Virus record (IMG/VR): IMGVR_UViG_3300033144_005399 | Span: 1 to 52,885 of that record | Direction: 5' to 3' (one strand) | DNA length: 52,885 bases | From: a virus | Taxonomy: Duplodnaviria; Caudoviricetes | In this document: one piece after another, positions 49,830 to 52,885 of the stretch | Layout: the number at the start of each line of letters is the position of its first letter | Numbering within the stretch: the first letter of the stretch is position 1 | The notes under the pieces: model-generated | The model's database searches: none | Told to the model about the DNA's origin: nothing | The model's input: only the letters and a program-made list of their open reading frames with translations | Position numbers and translations under genes: made by a program

Positions 49830-51626
49830 ATGACCGAGACGGGCGTAGCGGGGGGAGGGAATGCAGGTCCGGGCTCCCCGTCGGAGTTCACCTTGCAGGG
49901 TCCCGACGGGTCCGAAGCGAGTATCCACGAGCTGCGCGCGGGCTTTCAACAGGGCTTCGTTTTCGAGCTGGTCGATCTGTCGGCGCAGAGCGAGCCGCTC
50001 GAAGTGATCGTGCTCGTGCTCAATCCGCGCAGTTACACGCTCAGTGAGCCGTTCCAGCTCACGCTCACCCCGACCGAGGACAATACGGTCATCGCCGAAG
50101 AGAACGGCATCATCATTCGCGAGATCACCCTTGAAGGGACGTTCGGTCTCACGAAGAAGAAGGCGACCGGGTTCCTCGGCGCGCAGGGGAATGGTGCCTC
50201 GCTCAGCGGCACGGAGCATTTCAACAAGCTCCGCAATATGTTTCGACGCTACAGCTCGCTGAAGAAAGACCCAGCGCGCAACGCGGACATTCAGCTCATC
50301 TTCCACAGTCTTCGCGACGAAGATCACTTCATCGTGACGCCGCGTAGTTTCGAAACCCCGCGCGACGCGCGCACGACACGCGTGCATTACGATTACCGCA
50401 TACAGCTCGCCGCGATCGGGGCTGCCGAGACGAGCCTGCTGGAGCGTCAGCCGAGTACGTCGGATTTCGACTTCACCGATGTGCTGCGTGAGATCAATGA
50501 GGCGTTCAACGATGCGCGTGGCGCGTTCGCCGATGCGACGAAGCGGGTCAGCGAGATCAAGCGCAAGGTCGCGAACATCTCGACGGTGCTGAATAACGCG
50601 GCGCAGATCATCAACGCGGTCGGCGGCTTTCTCTCAGGCACGGCCGACCTGATCAACTTCCCGCTGCGCGCGGTGACGTCGGCTGCCGAGTCGCTCGCCG
50701 GTGCGGCCGACACGCTCGCGGATAGCATCGACGATGTGGCGGGCACGAAGACCGAGACGTTCTCCTCGGACTCACGGAACATCCGACGCATCGAAGCAGC
50801 GTTCGATCGCATCGCGATGTTCCCATCGAAGTTCGAAGACTCGATCGAGCGCATTAGCGGCACCTACCAAGGACCGCAGCGCTTCACGGTGTTCGACGTC
50901 GAGAACAATGTCGCTGGCGCACAGGACAGCGCGCGCACGGAAGCTGTGGCGGGATCAGCGCATCGGTTCGGGCTGGACCTCGACACCGGCGGTGGGACGG
51001 AGCGCGTGCGCGTCTCACGGACGGATACCATCGACTCGATCGCAGCCGACGCGGGAACGAGCCCCGAGACGATCATCATCATCAACGATCTGAGGCCCCC
51101 GTACATTAGCTCGGGGGGCGGGCCGGGTGTGAAGCGACCAGGCGACACGATGCTGATCCCGTCGCGAGCGGGCGGGGGAACCAGCACCGAGCCGGGCAGT
51201 GAGTATCTCTCTCCCGAGGACGCGCTCTACGGGGTCGACTTCAAGTTCGACGACGAGGTGCTCAGGAAGGAGGGGCGCTTCGACCTGAGTGTTGCGAACA
51301 GCCTCTTCGACGCCGAGCTGTCCAGCGGTGTCGCGAACGTGGTGCAGGGCACGCAGATCACGGTGCTGACCGAGATCGGTGCAACGGTGTTTGTTCCCGA
51401 GGTAGGGCTGCGGCGCAACGTCGGAACGAAGGGAACGATCCAGCATGTGCTACTCGCGAGCATTCGCTTGCGTGAGGGGATCCTGGTAGACCCGCGGATT
51501 TCTGGTATCCAGTCACTCCGTGTCGTTCTCGACGGCGATGTGCTGACGCAAGAGATTACACCCATCATCGGTACGTCTCGCCGAGGGGTGAAACTGGTGC
51601 TCCCGTTCGGGCGCGCTTCTGGGTAG
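49830..51626 (+). CDS. Baseplate protein: tube-initiator-like N-terminus, LysM-like domain and gp25-like C-terminus
   Basis: LNPRSYT..EITLEGTFG; VSRTDTIDSIA..INDL..PGDTMLIP (LysM-like); NVVQG..LTEIG..PEVG..DPRI (gp25-like). Confidence 0.65.
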   Translation: MTETGVAGGGNAGPGSPSEFTLQGPDGSEASIHELRAGFQQGFVFELVDLSAQSEPLEVIVLVLNPRSYTLSEPFQLTLTPTEDNTVIAEENGIIIREITLEGTFGLTKKKATGFLGAQGNGASLSGTEHFNKLRNMFRRYSSLKKDPARNADIQLIFHSLRDEDHFIVTPRSFETPRDARTTRVHYDYRIQLAAIGAAETSLLERQPSTSDFDFTDVLREINEAFNDARGAFADATKRVSEIKRKVANISTVLNNAAQIINAVGGFLSGTADLINFPLRAVTSAAESLAGAADTLADSIDDVAGTKTETFSSDSRNIRRIEAAFDRIAMFPSKFEDSIERISGTYQGPQRFTVFDVENNVAGAQDSARTEAVAGSAHRFGLDLDTGGGTERVRVSRTDTIDSIAADAGTSPETIIIINDLRPPYISSGGGPGVKRPGDTMLIPSRAGGGTSTEPGSEYLSPEDALYGVDFKFDDEVLRKEGRFDLSVANSLFDAELSSGVANVVQGTQITVLTEIGATVFVPEVGLRRNVGTKGTIQHVLLASIRLREGILVDPRISGIQSLRVVLDGDVLTQEITPIIGTSRRGVKLVLPFGRASG

Positions 51627-51629
51627 CCG

Positions 51630-52885
51630 ATGCCGATTTTTCAACCACGCAACAGGGTCCAGATTCTCCGCGAGATGGTCGCACGCACCATCGCACGCTC
51701 GCGTCTCGTCGGGCTCACTCGGAACTCGACCGTGTTCCACGCGCTCTCGGGCGCGGCGAACGAAGACGCCGAGCAATATTTCCAGATGGCTCGCCTGCGC
51801 GAGCTGTTTGCGATCGATCGCGCGACCGGCTCCGACCTCGACGAACGCGCCGCCGAGATCGTGCCCAACATCATCGTGCGCCGTGGCGCGCTGCACGCCA
51901 GCGGCACGGTCGTCTTCAGTCGGCCGGGTGTCGTGGGCACTGTCACGATCCCGGTGGGGTCGCAGGTCGCTGCCAGCGACGCGGACGGCGACATTCGCTT
52001 CCGCACGACGTCGGCCGGATCCATCCCCGCCGCGTCTACGGTATCCGGTGCCATCGACGTCATCGCGACTGAGGCGGGGATCCGCGGCAACGTCGAGGCG
52101 GCGGATATCGTCAAGCTCATCACCCGCATCCCCGGCGTGACGGGTGTGGCGAATGCAGCGAAGTACAGCAACGGTGCGGACCGCGAGAGCGACCAGAACT
52201 TCCGCGCTCGACTGAAGGCGTTCGTGCAGGCGATCAGCCGCGGCACGCCGACCGCGCTAGAAGCATTCGCGCGCAACGTGATCCTGAACGATGGCCGTCG
52301 CGTGATCTTCGCGAAGGACGTCGAGCCGGTGGTCGCGACCGGGCAGTCGGAGCTGTTCATCGATGACGGCACCGGCAGCGTGGAGGAGTACAGCTCCGAG
52401 TTCATCGCAGGCGCGGATACCTTCCTCGCGGCCGCGCTCGGTGGCGAGACCGAGCTGTTCACGACCTCGCGCCCGATTCGCGATGACGGATCGTTCGCGA
52501 TGGAGGTGGATACTCTTCTGGACGCGCCCAGCTTGGGCGCGGGCTTCGTCACGATCGTGCGCGGCACAGACTACGAGCTGAACTCGGCGAGGGGACAGAT
52601 CGAGCTGCTGAGCGGCGGCGCAGTTCCGGTGATGTTGGTCGGCTACGGCGCGCGAGCGAACTACCGGTACTACACCGGGCTCATCCAAGAGACGCAGCGG
52701 ATCATCGACGGCGACCCTGCGACGCCCACGCGCCGACCGGGCGTGCGCGCGGCGGGCACGACGGTGTTCGTCAAGGCACCGGCCACGGTGTTCCAGAGCG
52801 TCGCCGGTGGCGTCTCGGTGCTTCCTGACTTCGACACCGTGGCCGTCGGCAACGAAGTCGAGAGCGCGGTGCAGGACTACATCAA
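51630..52885 (+). CDS. Baseplate J-like wedge protein (truncated at window end; absent from the ORF track)
   Basis: Translated by hand from ATG 51630: MPIFQPRNRVQILREM..ATGSDLDERA..ASGTVVFSR..TIPVGS..GIRGNV..NGADRESDQNFRARL..ISRGT. Confidence 0.88.
   Translation, partial: MPIFQPRNRVQILREMVARTIARSRLVGLTRNSTVFHALSGAANEDAEQYFQMARLRELFAIDRATGSDLDERAAEIVPNIIVRRGALHASGTVVFSRPGVVGTVTIPVGSQVAASDADGDIRFRTTSAGSIPAASTVSGAIDVIATEAGIRGNVEAADIVKLITRIPGVTGVANAAKYSNGADRESDQNFRARLKAFVQAISRGTPTALEAFARNVILNDGRRVIFAKDVEPVVATGQSELFIDDGTGSVEEYSSEFIAGADTFLAAALGGETELFTTSRPIRDDGSFAMEVDTLLDAPSLGAGFVTIVRGTDYELNSARGQIELLSGGAVPVMLVGYGARANYRYYTGLIQETQRIIDGDPATPTRRPGVRAAGTTVFVKAPATVFQSVAGGVSVLPDFDTVAVGNEVESAVQDYI

Larger units (their letters stand above)
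1..52885 (+). mobile_element. Segment of a large myovirus-like phage or prophage genome: head cargo, head, neck, tail and baseplate modules
   Basis: About 38 abutting + strand genes with frequent overlapping or abutting stop/start codons. Portal, protease, capsid, sheath, tube, tape measure and baseplate J occur in SPO1/Twort-like order. No host housekeeping genes, integrase or att site are seen. Confidence 0.95.

Noticed and set aside
40721-52885. Tail module as a standalone contractile injection system or tailocin
   Set aside because: It is contiguous with portal, protease, capsid and neck genes, so it belongs to a complete phage virion module.
1-52885. tRNA, rRNA, integrase, terminase or stop-codon reassignment
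   Set aside because: None was recognised. Intergenic gaps are short, and TAA, TAG and TGA all end well-supported genes.

Overview
This window is one co-oriented (+ strand), densely packed segment of a high-GC tailed phage genome (roughly two-thirds GC by eye) with a contractile tail. The structural gene order resembles SPO1/Twort (Herelleviridae-like) myophages: portal with a mini-intein, MuF-like head protein, prohead protease, scaffold, major capsid, accessory virion proteins, neck proteins, tail terminator, sheath, tube, chaperone with a likely +1 frameshift, tape measure, hub, spike, a LysM/gp25-like protein and a truncated baseplate J. The first ~27 kb is unusual. It encodes large disordered and multi-domain ('polyvalent') proteins carrying a RelA/SpoT synthetase, three HExxH metallopeptidases, two ART-like domains, a papain-like domain, an inorganic pyrophosphatase, a sigma70-like factor and a SNF2 helicase. 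Many domains are bounded by a hydrophobic-x-K|(A/S/G) motif that matches the predicted capsid maturation site. Seven segments carry the same ~20-aa tag (GP[FY][IV]GP[RK]GG[KL]WAD[AI]K[HR]T[IV]xW). Together these suggest a tag-and-cleave system for loading effectors into the head. Separately, the non-palindromic heptamer GGATACY is strongly over-represented on both strands (74 copies counted by hand). All calls come from motif recognition by eye; no database searches were run, and neither the host nor the terminase gene is visible.
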